64,000 bases of DNA from Eledone cirrhosa (GCA_964016885.1 OZ024740.1:160828001-160892000); one strand, 5' to 3'. Positions 1-12,446 are shown, counted from the stretch's first letter. The notes: generated by a model not told the origin, from the sequence alone. Translations and numbers: made by a program.

Positions 1-83
1 CGGACATCTTTTATATTTATTATTGTGTCAATTTTTGACAATTGCTCGAAATGAATACTGATAATAAAAGCAATTCATCTGTT

Positions 84-113
84 TACCCGGGCAAAGCTGG
101 GTACGTCAGCTAG
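84..113 (+). mobile_element. Helitron-like 3' terminus (hairpin followed by CTAG|T)
   Basis: Imperfect hairpin tacccggg-caaa-gctgggta at 84-103, then CTAG at 110-113 and T, the canonical Helitron 3' end layout. Most of the element would lie upstream of the window. Confidence 0.5.
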
Positions 114-359
114 TATATTATTAAGAGGCAGTGGATTGAAAGAATCAGTTGAGTGATGGACAAAAATGGTTTGTGGTATATAGTTGTAACTCTTTACATT
201 CTCAGTTTAAATTGTGTTGAGGCCAAGTAAGTATTTCATTGTTCCAGAGTAAATAAATGAACTAATCATTAAAGGCAGTATACTTTACTTTTACTTTACT
301 AAAATTTGAGTCCTTGGACTTATTTTGGAAAGTAGGCAACTATATTATGCATGTGTGTG

Positions 360-798
360 AAGGGAATTGTTATACAGAAGTGAAATACGAGCAGAAAATG
401 CATAGGATGCATGTAGGTTGGAGAGAAATGAAGTGAATATGCTCTGGTGGGTGTGTTATGCTAATGTATCTGAATGATGAAGCATGGATGAGCTGAAGGA
501 AAAACTGGGGAAAAGAGGAATCAATTGTAGTATGCAAAAGATAAGGCTGCACTAGTATGGTCATGGGATGTGTATAGATGATGATCATTGGGTGACGAAA
601 ATACTAGGAGTTCCAAGTGAAGGGAAGCTGTAGTAGAGGAAGACTAAGGCAAACCTGAGGAAAAGTGCTGAGAGTGGATCTCAAAACACTGAACCTTACA
701 GAGGAGATAATGAAGGACCACAAGAGGTGGGAAACTGTCTTAGAAAAGACCCATCCGACCCATGCAAGCATGGAAAACGACATAAAAAGGCTGATGAT
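360..798 (+). mobile_element. Degenerate RTE-clade LINE 3' fragment
   Basis: Broken frames resemble the RTE C-terminus (SETW...LERNE...MLxW...RL.W.GH...RGR...W). Ends in acccatgcaagcatggaaaacgacataaaa plus a gat-rich tail. Confidence 0.75.
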
Positions 799-1204
799 GT
801 TATTAAATTTGTCATTCTAGATATGTATTTATATTGACAAATGATAATTTCTTACTTAAATTATATGGAACTGCTTCTGGCTTAGTTTCTATGGCTAAAT
901 GCCCTTCCTAATGCCAAACAAATTATAGCATGGAATGGGTGCTTTTTAGTGTGGCATCAAAATGACCATCTTACAGGGTGGACTAGATGCTATTTCTTCA
1001 GGGTACCAACACAACCTCCCACAAGGTGGACTTGGTGCTTTTTGTCACGTCAGCAGCATGACCACCTTCTAGTTATTCAACTCCATACAACTGTTATCAC
1101 TATATCGATATCAACATGTTCAATCAATTTTGGAATGATCGTAAAACAGCAAACTATTTAAGCACTAAACTTCATTTTTGGGTTTTCATTGTCCAACCTA
1201 TATA

Positions 1205-1590
1205 TATATGAAGTAAGCATGCTCCGTTGGATGTGCAATGTCAATGTGTGTGAACAACCAAGCATAGACGAGTTGAGAAAGAGACTGTGTATAAGAGGAT
1301 AAGCTTTAGTGTGCAGGAGGGAAGACTGCATTGCTATGGACATGTGATGCACATGAAGGATGACCGCTGGGTAAAGAAGTGCCAAGAAATCCCAGTAGAA
1401 GGAAGACATGGTAGAGGAAGACCACGGAAATCATGTGCGGAGGTGGTGAGAACTGACCTCAGATCACTGAAGATCACAGAGAAGATGACAAAGGACTATG
1501 ATGCATGGAGAGATGCTGTGCTGAATAGGACCCGTCCCACCCTTGCAAGCAGGGAAAAGTGGACATAAAAAGAGGATGATGATAATGATA
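1205..1590 (+). mobile_element. RTE LINE 3' fragment (left arm of palindrome)
   Basis: EASMLRWMCNV...RLHCYGHVMHMKDDRWVKKCQEIPVEGRHGRGRPRKS..., then the terminal ccacccttgcaagcagggaaaagtggacataaaa and a (gat)n tail. Confidence 0.9.
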
Positions 1591-1609
1591 ATGATGGTAT
1601 ATATGGGTG

Positions 1610-1950
1610 TCATCATCCTCATTTTATGTCCACTTTTCCCTGCATCATGGTCCTTTGTCATCTTCGCTGTGAGCTTCAGCGATCTGAGGTCAGTTCTCAC
1701 CACCTCCCACATGATTTCCGTGTTCTTCCTCTATCATGTCTTCCTTCTACTGGGATTTCTTGGCACTTCTTTACTCAGCGGTCATCCTCCATGTGCATCA
1801 CATGTGCATCACATGTCCATAGCAATGCAATCTTCTCTCCTGCACACTACAGCTTATCCTCTTATATACAGTCTCTCTCTCAACTCGTCTATGCTTGGTT
1901 GTTCACACACATTGACATTGCACATCCAACGGAGCATGCTTACTTCATAT
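1610..1950 (-). mobile_element. RTE LINE 3' fragment (inverted copy in right arm)
   Basis: Reverse complement of 1205-1582 with a 46-bp deletion and an 11-bp duplication near 1790-1815. Confidence 0.9.
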
Positions 1951-2323
1951 ATATATAGGTTGGACAATGAAAACCCAAAAATGAAGTTTAGTGCTTAAAT
2001 AGTTTGTTGTTTTACGATCATTCCAGAATTGATTGACCATGATGATATCGATATAGTGATAACAGTTGTATGGAGTTGAATAACTAGAAGGTGGTCATGC
2101 TGCTGACATGACAAAAAGCACCAAGTCCACCTTGTGGGAGGTTGTGTTGGTACCCTGAAGAAATAGCATCTAGTCCACCCTGTAAGATGGTCATTTTGAT
2201 GCCCCACTAAAAAGCACCCATTCCATGCTATAATTTGTTTGGCATTAGGAAGGGCATTTAGCCATAGAAACTAAGCCAGAAGCAGTTCCATATAATTTAA
2301 GTAAGAAATTACCATTTGTCAAT

Positions 2324-2830
2324 CATCATCATCATCATCATCATCATCGTTTAACGTCCATCTTCCACGCTTGCATGGGTTTGGACGGGAGTTTTCCCAC
2401 TTGAGGCAAGATTTGTTGTCCTGCTCGTATAGGACTGTCTGGCGGGTTTTCTACGGCTGGATGCCCTTCCTAGCACCAACCGCGTTTACAGTGTGGACTG
2501 AGCGGTTTTTACTGTGTTACCTACACGGCCACATTACAGCGTGGACTGTGTGTTTTTTTTTTTTTTGTCGTGACACCTACACGACCTCATTTGTTTCGGA
2601 CTGGATGTTGTGGTACCAACATAACTTCACATTTAAGGGGGTGGTGTGGATGGGGTGGGGGTAGTGGGACGGGGGGTGTATTTTGTTAGAGGTGCTAACT
2701 GACTGTAGGTTTCGCTTTGTACTTAGGCAATGCGGGTCTTCTGTATAACTGTGTAGCGCCAAAGCTCTCGGTCCAGTGACATTGTCTTGGAGAGGTGTAA
2801 GTGTGTGAGGTCGGAATTTATCAAGTCGAT
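2324..2830 (-). mobile_element. 5'-truncated RTE LINE (ORF end, long 3' UTR, (GAT)n tail) inserted in the right palindrome arm
   Basis: (cat)n at 2324-2348 is the reversed tail. Homologous to 24191-24660 and 47450-47950. Flanked by tcaat on both sides. Confidence 0.85.
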
Positions 2831-3432
2831 ATAAATCAATATAAATACATATCTAGAATGACAATAAGTTAATATAAATACATATCTAGAATGACAAATT
2901 TAATACCATCATTGATTCATTGTGGAATATGTAAATTGGTTAAGCATGTATGTATGTCTCCGTGGGTATGTCTTGACAGTAATACTGCTTAAAAAACAAA
3001 TGTGTCTATATTACTCAGCTTAATAATTCAACAGATGACAATGAGTGAAATGAATATCATATTTAAAAATACATGAGAGTTTCTATCAAAGAGTAAATCT
3101 GCCCATAGAACACAGTCTAAAAAATCTCATCCAGCCCACGCTAGCTTAAAAAGTAGATGCAAAAACCATGATGTAAAGAAATTTTATTTTCAGCTTAAAA
3201 AATATTGCTATAGAACCAATAAATTTTTAAAATAGATATTGATATGAATCTAGTCACTAGGTAATAAGAGAAATTTACTACAATAGACTGTAAATATCTT
3301 TTGAGAGAGCACATCAACTATCAAATAAACAACCAATGCTAGCATTAAAAATGGATATAAAAACAATGATGATGATGATGACAATGAAGGTAACATATTC
3401 AAAATGTGTGCAAATCTTCACTTCATCTGTAT

Positions 3433-3650
3433 TTAACCCTTTTCATACCAACCTGCCTGCAACTACGGATTTGTAACACAAAACTGTTCATTTTAAAATC
3501 TTTATATGTATAGGAAAACCTTCCATCATAATTTTATTTCAGAAAATTTTATTAGCTTATTATTAACTCAACCAAATATTTGATTATTTTCAAAATTAAT
3601 TGTAACACACAAACTGTGTTTCATTAGAAGTACAGTATAAAAGGGTTTAA
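3433..3650. mobile_element. TTAA-flanked MITE, piggyBac-like
   Basis: Starts ttaa-cccttttcatac and ends gtataaaaggg-tttaa. Related decayed copies occur elsewhere in the window. Confidence 0.6.
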
Positions 3651-3679
3651 TGCAGCCAAGTTACAACTATTGAAAATCA

Positions 3680-3920
3680 TTAACCATTTCATGACCGAAT
3701 TTCTAATAAAATTAATGCCTGTAATTTTCAAATAATTTTGAAAATAATCAACAATTTGAAGGGATTTTGTTATAAAACTATTTTATTATTAAGCTGCTGT
3801 TTGGGACATAATTTAACATAATATCATGATGGAAATGTTTTAGATAAATATAAACACTTTAAAATAGTTTTTATATCATAGAACCCAAGGAATTTCCTGG
3901 CAGTTTGGTATAGAGGTTAA
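3680..3920. mobile_element. TTAA-flanked MITE, opposite orientation to 3433-3650
   Basis: ttaa-ccatttc ... ggtatagagg-ttaa. Interior resembles the reverse complement of the previous copy. Confidence 0.55.
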
Positions 3921-4561
3921 CTATGTTATTTTGCTATCCATTGTTATTACTACATCTATGGAACAGAAATGGGAATGAGCGCATTTATAATGTTGCAGTG
4001 GAGGTGGGATATGCTGTTTTATTGATTCGGACACATGAAAATTATGGCATGTTATATAACTAGGAATATGGAGAGGGGGGGGGGTTAAATACAATAGTCT
4101 CCAATTTGTAAAAAATGTTATCATTAATATAATTATCATCATTATTATTTATATTTATTTATTCATATATTTGTTCCTTTATTTATTTATATTATTCAGA
4201 TGTCTTATTTTTAATTGCATGTTCTGGCTGCACAAATTATCATCATCATCATTCTTAAACACATGTACATGCACACACACACACATATTTCTCTGTATCT
4301 CTCTCTCTCTCTCACACACACATGCACACATACATACTCACTCTCTCTTGCACACATAGGATTGACTGAATCATTAGAGCAATGGACAAAATATGTTGCA
4401 GTGTTTTGTTATGACTCTTTTACATTCCATTTCCAAATCCTTCAAAGGTCAACTTTCATTCCTCTGGTGTCATGACAATAAAGTACCATTCGAGTACTAA
4501 TAGTTGATATAATTGACATATTCTTACCCACTACTCCCAAAAAAAATCTGGCTTTGTGCTT

Positions 4562-4662
4562 CGAGGTTGACTTTGCCTTTCATCCTTACGGGGTCGATAA
4601 AATAAAGTACCAGTAATGCACCGGTTAATTGCTGGCCTTGTGCCTAAAGTAGAAACAATTAT
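4562..4662 (+). mobile_element. SINE family A, 3' half
   Basis: gaggttgactttgcctttcatccttacggggtcgataaaataaagtaccag...ccttgtgcctaaagtagaaacaattatt. Confidence 0.85.
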
Positions 4663-5395
4663 TAAACACATATTTTTTCAAAGTCACTCTTTTTAATTTC
4701 AATATTTCCCCCAGCATATTAAATTCCCCCAAATAAGCTTCAGATTCTAATTATATTGCTGAAAATTCTTGGCATGAAATATATTAAAATAATATATATT
4801 TTTTACAGAAATATAATTATAGCTGAAGTGAAATAAAAAAAAAAAAAAACAACAGCAGCGACAAAAATTATCAGACATACCCTTAATGTAAATTAGCAAA
4901 TTGGCTGAGTCATTAGATTAAAAATGTCTGGATATTTGTCCCAGCTTACTATACTCTAAGTTCGAATCCTACTAAGATCAACCTTGTCTTTCATCCTTTC
5001 AAGACTGATAAATAAAGTATCAGTCCAGTACTGGGGTTTATTCTTCCTCTATCTCTCTCTATCACTTTCTCTCTCACTATCTGACTCTCTTTCATTCCCT
5101 GGAAGATATCAACTCTGTTCTGACTTGGAAGGAGATGGACTCTGCCATGTTTTAAAATGTCCAAGATGGCACCCCAAGATGACTCCACAAGAATTAAGGA
5201 TCCTTAATGTAAAAATAATTTGATTGTATCAAATCTATCTAAATTCCTGATCTCATTTCCACCAAAACTGCATTAAATTATAAGAAGCAATAAACCCATG
5301 AGAAATTTTCTTTTTGTGGTAATATGATTTATAAGAAATAGAAGCCAAATCTCTATAAAATCTCAATACTCTGCTGTCATAAAAGAATTACATTA

Positions 5396-5720
5396 ATTAA
5401 ACCCTTTGATACCTACCCACCTTAAACTGCTCAGGTTTTATGATACACAACTGCTCATTTTAAAAAAAAATGTTATATTCATGTTGAAAATTTTCATCAT
5501 AATTTTAAACTTTCATCATTATAAGGTCGATAAAATAAAGCACCAGTAATGCACTGGGAAAATTGCTGACCTTGTGCCAAAAGTAGAAACAATTTTATTA
5601 TTTTAGTTAAGTAATATTTCAAACATCCTCTTACTAATGAAAAGATTAGTTATCTTATTAACTTTTTCAAGTTTTCAAAATTAATTGATACACATAGACA
5701 GTATTTCATTAGAAATATGG
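5396..5720. mobile_element. Decayed TTAA MITE containing a SINE A fragment (~5508-5597)
   Basis: Starts ttaaaccctttgatacc like 3433. SINE A 3' half lies in the middle. Confidence 0.5.
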
Positions 5721-5869
5721 TTTCTGTAGCCACTGGATGGCTATGTTTAAAATGTCTTTGATCATAAGTTTCTTTATCAAGCCTTAGTGAATAACAGGAA
5801 GAATCTCCCTCAAACCACATCCATTTATCTTATAAAAGGAAGAATACATTGAACTCACACAGACACACA

Positions 5870-5871
<2 letters not shown>

Positions 5872-5910
<39 letters not shown>

Positions 5911-5960
5911 CCGCCGTTTAAATTCTATTTTTCCAAGCTTACATGGGTTAGACGTGTCGC
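5872..5960 (-). repeat. (CAT)n tract and RTE-type 3' terminus
   Basis: About 13 CAT units followed by the reversed RTE terminus (ttccaagcttacatgggttagac). Confidence 0.8.
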
Positions 5961-5984
5961 GCACATCATGAGATAATTCCGGCC

Positions 5985-6930
5985 AGCTGGCTGCTCCATA
6001 CCTTGCTCAGACAGATCTGTATTTTGGCAGGGATTTTTACAGCTGGATGCCCTTCCTAACACCAACCATGTTTACAGTGTGAACAGAATGGCACCATTAT
6101 GAGAAGGGCCTGGCCAGTTGGCCGCACCATACCATGTTCACATCGGAACTATAATTTTGGAGCTTGGGGTCCCACTATGAGGGGGGGGGGGTTCTGGCCA
6201 GTTGGCCATGCCAAGCTTTACTCATAGTTGCCCAGATAGCTGTGCTATACCTTGCTCATATCGGGACTGGTACTGTATTTAGGGATCTGGGTGATCCCAT
6301 TATGAGAGATGTCTGGTTAGTCGGCCACGCTATACCTTGCTCATAGTGGGGTCATGTTTGGGTTGGGGTTTTATGGCTGCTGGATACCCTTCCTACTGCC
6401 AACCACATTTACAGTGTGGAACTGGGTGGTCCTGTTATGAGACAGGTCTGGCCATATGGATGTAGTGTACCTTGCTCAAAATGGCGCTATACATTAGCTG
6501 AGTTTTTACAGCTGCTGGATGCCCTTCCTACCACCAACCATGTTTACAGTGTAGAAGTGTGTGGCTCTATTATGAGAAGAGTCTGGCCATTTGGCCGCGC
6601 CATTCTATGCTCACATTGGAACCATAATTTGAGAGCTGGGTGGTCCCATTATAAAAGAGATCTGGTCAGTTGGCTGCACCATGCCTTGCTCATAGTGGAA
6701 GCCATGTTACTGGGTGGTCCTGTTATGAGACATAATTGGCCAAATGGCTGCACCTTACCTTGCACATATTGGGACTGAGTGTTGGCTAGTGGGGCTGTAT
6801 TTTGGGATCTCGGTGGTACCATTTGAGGGATGCTTGGCCAGTTAGCTATGCCATGCCTTCCTCATAGTGGGGCCGTGATACTGGATAGTCATGCTATAAA
6901 ACAAGTCTGGCGAGATGACTACACTGTATC
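5985..6930. repeat. Degenerate tandem array built from SINE/RTE 3' UTR modules
   Basis: Recurrent ~60-70-bp unit (ggtggtcc.ttatgaga...tctggcc..ttggc.gc.ccat.ccttgctcata) interleaved with three gctggatgcccttcct...ccaacca..tttacagtgt blocks at ~6040, ~6378 and ~6512. Confidence 0.7.
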
Positions 6931-6984
6931 TTTCACATATATATGTCTGGGTATGTGTATGTGTGTGTGTGTGTGTGTATACAG

Positions 6985-7125
6985 TGGACTTCTACAGTTT
7001 CTGTCTGTGAAATTCCATTCACAAGGTATTAGTCAACATGAGGCTATAGTATAATATACTATACAGTGGGATTGAACTTGGAATTATGTAGATGCAAAGA
7101 AAATATCTTTACCATACAGCCATAT
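6985..7125 (-). mobile_element. SINE family C (tRNA head, CORE-like body), decayed
   Basis: Reverse-complement similarity to 29478-29640 (ggctgt.tggt.aaga...gttcaatccc...gaattt...gaaactg). Confidence 0.55.
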
Positions 7126-8399
7126 CTGGACTTATGTATTGTACAACTATATGTTAGGAAACCCAGAATTATGCATGCAATATATCTAAACTATAATAAA
7201 GAAAGGAGTGTGGGACTGCATACAGTTTATTTTTTTTAAATCCAGTTAGTCAAATAAGTTGGATTACTTTGAATAAATAATGAATGAATATTACATAATT
7301 TATATATTAAATTAAATTTAATATAAATATTAATATAAGTAATTTTATTGTTTATTTAAAATTAAATTTTTTTCAAAGTTTCAAATTTCTACACTTCCAG
7401 TATATCGCAGCTACCACCATCACTTCAACTACCATATATATATATAGAAAGAGAGAGTGTGTGATGAGAGAGATACAGATAGAGTGATTATGATTTTCTA
7501 CACACTGATGGGTATCTATGTGTATGTGCACATACATACATCTGTATGTATGAGCATATAATTATAGTTGCGCAAACACAAACATATAAAAATACATGCT
7601 TACGGACATATATTCACACAAATACACATACTTTCACACATATTCTTTCACACAAACACATACATACATTCACACATATACATTTACACAAACACACACA
7701 TAGTCATACAATCATGATAGCAGCGTTCGGTGAATTGGAAATGGGAGTGTAAGAGAAGTATAACGTTTTATTTATTTATTAACTCTTTATTCATTTATTA
7801 ACTCTTTTCTTTTTTAACTCATTTAATATAATTATTTCTACTTTTGGCACAAGGCCAGCAATTATCCCAGTTACAGAATGCAAACACTAACAAATATAAT
7901 GTATAGAAAGGAAAGGCAAAGGAAAAAAAGAAAGATAAAAAATACACAAGCAGGTAATACACACATCTAAGACCACATAGGCTGGATAATGTAGTTAGCT
8001 AACAGAACAAGGTATTTGAGTATTTTGTTCCATTCAGCTGCGGATGCTGTAGCTCTCGCCCTTACCACTGCATCCAGGATGTGGGAAGAAGCAAAAGAGT
8101 CACTAACTGTGATGTCCCAGGTAAGGCACCTGCCTCTCGACCAGGAGCACAGAGTAAGACCCTCAAGTCTTTTTCCATCAATTCAGGACAACCCAGATGG
8201 TTCCAAAATTGAGGGAATGTTTGCCTGAGCCAAAGCTCTTAAGTGGTAATATGACAGTGTGTGTATGTGCATGCACGTGAGTTTGTCGGCTTTCTTAAAT
8301 TAGAGACGTGTGTGTGTCACTGTTTTTAAGTTAGACATATATATGTGTGTATCCCTTTCCTTCCTTTTACACACACATACATTCACACAAACACATTAT

Positions 8400-9020
8400 G
8401 TGATGGACAGGTGGACAGAAGCAGTTAGAGAAGCTCAAGTATCTTGGAACCGTGTTCATGAGTGATGGAATGCAGGAGACTGAATTAAGTGCAAGAATTG
8501 CAAAAAGCTGATGCAGTAATGCGCCAGCCTCAGCATTCAGCAATCAGAAGAAGGGGGTAGGTGTAAAAGCCAAACTCGCTGTTTTCCTGGTATTCCTGCC
8601 AACTCTTACCGGGGATCATGAATCTTGAGTAATGACCAGAAGAATACAATTGCAAATAAAAGTGGCAGAAATGGGGTTCCTGCGAAGGGTCTTTAGAGTA
8701 ATGTTACTCAATAAAGTGCATAACTCAGAGACCAGAGAGTCACTCCTGGTAGAGCCACTACTTCTCCGAATTGAGAGATCACAGCTCCAATATTATGAGC
8801 ATTGGTTAGAATGTCTCAGTAAAGGATCACTGGACACATTTTACAGGCAAAACCAACTGGCAAGAGACCCAGAAGTAGATCCATGAGCTTGGCTGGACAC
8901 ATTTTGGGATCCAGCTGGGTCAGTTAGAGATATTTACTACTGACAGACTCCCTGGAAGGAGTGTTTGAGGAGGACTCTGCCCCCACTACCCTCTCAGAAA
9001 TAAGTGGGTGAAGAAGAAGA
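8400..9020 (+). mobile_element. RTE LINE 3' fragment, second family with (GAA)n tail
   Basis: KYLGTVF...HES*VMTRRIQLQIKVAEMGFLRRV...LLLRIERSQL, ending gaagaagaag. Same family as 57220-58452. Confidence 0.8.
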
Positions 9021-9090
9021 TATTGTCAATTTAGTTTTCAGTTTGCATATATCTATATGCATATATATTTGCATATAATATACACACTAA

Positions 9091-9138
9091 ATATGCTAGC
9101 AGAAAACCACCCGAAGGTCGGTTTTTCTGCTAGTATAT
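9091..9138. repeat. Hairpin with CTAG near both ends (Helitron-end-like)
   Basis: atatgctagcagaaaacc / ggtttttctgctagtatat form an ~18-bp inverted repeat around acccgaaggtc. Confidence 0.6.
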
Positions 9139-9419
9139 GTAATATTCTTATACATTCAAACACCAAACTGGCATAGGGTGTCAACAACCATAACATAGGA
9201 GCCAAAACATTGCTCTAATCTTATTAACTCTTAATATCCTGTACCAAATCAAACTGCATTAAAATATTCATTACCATATTTTTAATACCTAAGAGTTCCA
9301 ATGAATACTTAAAATGACCAAAAATGCACCCAGTGAAGTCTGTAAGGCGATTGGCAATAGGGAAGGGATCTGGCTGTAGAAAATATACCAAATATAGAAT
9401 GTAAGGAGAAAGATTGGTC

Positions 9420-10310
9420 ACTGACATCTGTTTGGTCCTCAGACTATGACGGACGGTTCTGGTTTGATCCAGAATCCAAATGGACAAAAACTGGTGATGG
9501 GGTAAAAAGCATGGTGGCTATTCTCACCCAGAAATGGACTGAGAGTAACAATCTCTGAAAGGGCAGGGGTGGCAAATACGTACATCATATCCTTCATCTA
9601 CTGCTGACTGTCTTCAAGGATTCACAGTCCTCACATAATCAGGCAGTGTGATTGGTGGAAACTCCACCTTGGCTTTCTATAGAGGTTTAGCAGGTGGAAA
9701 AAATGATGACATTCTAGGGGAGACTCAGTGTGTATGTGGTGGGGGTGATGGCGAAAATCAACTAGACACTCTTTTCCATTTGATTTACAGTCCTGGGCAC
9801 ATAGATAACCTCCAGAAATCCCTGACTTTGTAATGCTACCAAAGACTTTTGCTAGTTTGAGAAAAACTCTATAGACATGGAATTGTCATCGCTGGGCTTG
9901 TCCAAGATGCAAGCAAGGAGATGAAACCTTCCTGCATGCACTCATTGATTGTCTGAGTATTGCTGACTTGTAAGTTTATGTTGAACACCTGCTGTTACGT
10001 GTGGGATGTAACCAACTATCAATGTGTCCATTGTGAAGATCACCCCTCCGCCATCCTTTAGAGGGGAAGGACAAGCAGTTTTTCTCTGTCTGTGGCCATG
10101 GGGAAAGAGGTCATGTCATGGATACACATAAAAGTGTTGAATACAAGCACTTTCGTCTTTGGTGAAGCCCTTATTAATTTCTTCCGGTTTTACCTGAGGA
10201 TAAAAATCATGGTAGAGTGGGAAATACTGCCTTTCAAGCAGTTTGTTGAAATGTGGGTGATAGAGGCAAGTATTTTCTGAGTGAATGGGCAACTGAATAT
10301 AAGCTTTGGA
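9420..10310 (+). pseudogene. Decayed Tx1-clade LINE ORF2 3' fragment
   Basis: Peptides match ORF 38590-40071: IGGNSTLAFYRGL...DDILGET...ENQL...DNLQKSL and AMGKEV...FGEALINFFRFYL. Confidence 0.9.
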
Positions 10311-10349
10311 AGTGGGTCATAACAGATTACCAGAAGTTCCAAAGCTTCA

Positions 10350-10770
10350 TTAAAATTTAAATCTCTACGATTTTTCTCAAAATTCTTGCTGTTTCTAACA
10401 AGGCTGTCATTTGTAGTATGTGTGTTTTTATTTCTATTGTGAGGATCCCAAGCTAATCTCCTAATTCCATTATCACCGTTCCAAATGCTCCAACTACTAT
10501 AAGCATTATTTCTACTTTTTTTCATTATGTGACAACTTTCTGTTTCAGAGCACCATACTTGATCCCATACAACAATATCTACTATAATACTATGTTTTTT
10601 TCTTTTCTTATTGACAATTACTATATCTAGCTTCCTTGCTTCAATCATATTGTCACATTGTGTTTATAGTTTTATGTATCTATAGAGGAATTAACATACA
10701 TGTGGGATATCATAATATCAAACAATATTTTAACTGTCCCATTATCAATGACACTCTTTGAGATTTGTTC
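10350..10770 (-). pseudogene. Decayed R4/Dong-type RLE LINE 3' fragment
   Basis: VKILFD..., IEARKLDIVIVNKKRK..IIVDIV, IVVGAFGT, ALLETARILRKIVEI*, matching the C-terminus of ORF 37145-38236. Confidence 0.8.
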
Positions 10771-10779
10771 ATTATTATT

Positions 10780-11240
10780 ATCATTTTCTTTTGATTTTGC
10801 TTTATATACAATGACAACTGAGTATAAACTTAGGACAGATATTGTTGGTTTTGACAGTTTTGATAGCTTCGTTTTTTCTTTTTCTCCATATTCTTTCGTC
10901 CTAACATTCATTTAACAAGTCACATCACAAAATTTTATAGGTAAACAAGTTTTTTTTTAAAAGCGAGAAAATTTATAGAGAAAGCTAACAGAAGAAGATA
11001 AAAAGAAATATTAAGGAATGTAAAAGATATAAGTTAATTTTTCATTAAGGATATTTGAATGGTAATAAATATCAATCAAATCTATCATAAATTGAACAGA
11101 AAAGATTGTGTTGGCATATATTACAGAGATGAAAATTTATGAAGTATGTGGGTGGTATGTGTGAGAACCATCAATGTAGATATGGATAGAGTCTATGGAT
11201 TTCATAGATTCTAGGTTTACGAGGTATGTTTTGTAGAAAC
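10780..11240 (+). repeat. Unclassified interspersed repeat (second copy inverted at ~36745-37145)
   Basis: Shared blocks such as ttttgattttgctttata.acaatgacaact and aagtatgtgggtggtatgtgtgagaac. Confidence 0.7.
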
Positions 11241-12383
11241 ATTTGAACACCTTTCTTTATGACTCCTATAGATCCTATCACTACTGGAAAGCTTTGTATT
11301 TTAAGGTGCCACATTCTTTTCTCTCAATTTTTCTCTCATTTTCTAGGTCTTTATATGTTGTTGTTGTTGTTGTTGTTGTTGTAAGGTTACCTAAGCAAGG
11401 CGACCTCATCCCACCCATTAGAACCTTTCATACCCACCATCACAACCAAGAGACATTGGTTAAAGAAGAAGAATAACATTTTATCAGGAAATCCTTGAAA
11501 AAATTTCTTCTTCCCCAAATTTTATGAAAACACTTATTGTGCCATTTCATCTGTCTTCTTTATTTTCAAATTGATTTTATTCCCAAATTCAAGAATTCTT
11601 TCTAAAAATGCTCAATGTCTTCATACAGCATATATCATTTTATTTTAAAAGAAACCCCTTAAAAAAAGAAATTACTTGGGAAATTTTTCGCTCTTTTCAT
11701 ATATTTATATTGCTTTCTAAGCTTCCCTCAACTTCCATTCATCCTCTCTCTATCAATCTATCTCTTTATTTCTTCATTTATCCTTGAAGGAAAAAAATTC
11801 TCTATTTTCTCTATAGGTTTCAATGGAAATTGCATTTGGCTAAATCTGTTATATAAAATTAAAAATCGAAGAAATGTCTTCTCAAATGTTTCTGAAGAAT
11901 TTCTCATTTCTTTGAGAAATCTTAAATTGCTGTTCACACGGAATTTTGTTCAACAAAGAAGCAAATTCTTTTGAAAAATTTCAGCTGCAATGAATTCTCT
12001 TTATAGATATCGCTGTCATCCTGTGTTTTTAATTTTTTATTTCTTTTTGTCTTTTTAGTGAAAAATATAAGAGAAATGGTGTTTTAATATTATAGAATCT
12101 ACATTTGTTTTATTGCCTATTTTGTATAAATGCATGTGATCGCTGTGACATAATTAGCAAGAAGGGAAGCTGGTGCACTGCACAATCAATGAATGTTGCA
12201 TTCTGAAAATTTTACATAGTTTTATATATTTAACTATCAACATCGTTTAATGTCCATTTAAACAATGGTGATGAGGATATTTATATATACACACATGCAT
12301 ATTCTATATGCACACACAATTTTATGTATATATATATATTCAGAATAATAATAAATGAAGACATTCACATAATCAAAATATAT

Positions 12384-12446
12384 GTTTTATTATATATATT
12401 TCGAAGGTACTGTGCTGTTTTTTCAGTACGTCCTCGTCAGATAAAA
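12384..12446 (-). ncRNA. Minimal type I hammerhead ribozyme (Penelope-associated)
   Basis: Minus strand reads ttttat-CTGACGA-ggacgtactg...cagtaccttc-GAAA-tatat-ATA-ataaaa: intact core, stem II with 9 of 10 pairs, 6-bp stem I and a palindromic minimal stem III. Confidence 0.8.

Larger units (their letters stand above)
795..2911. repeat. Long inverted duplication (palindrome): left arm ~795-1582, 27-nt spacer, right arm 1610-2323 resuming at ~2836-2911
   Basis: The arms are reverse complements with scattered substitutions. The ORF track shows mirror pairs (949-1161+ vs 1995-2207-, 1158-1409- vs 1543-1998+). Confidence 0.95.
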
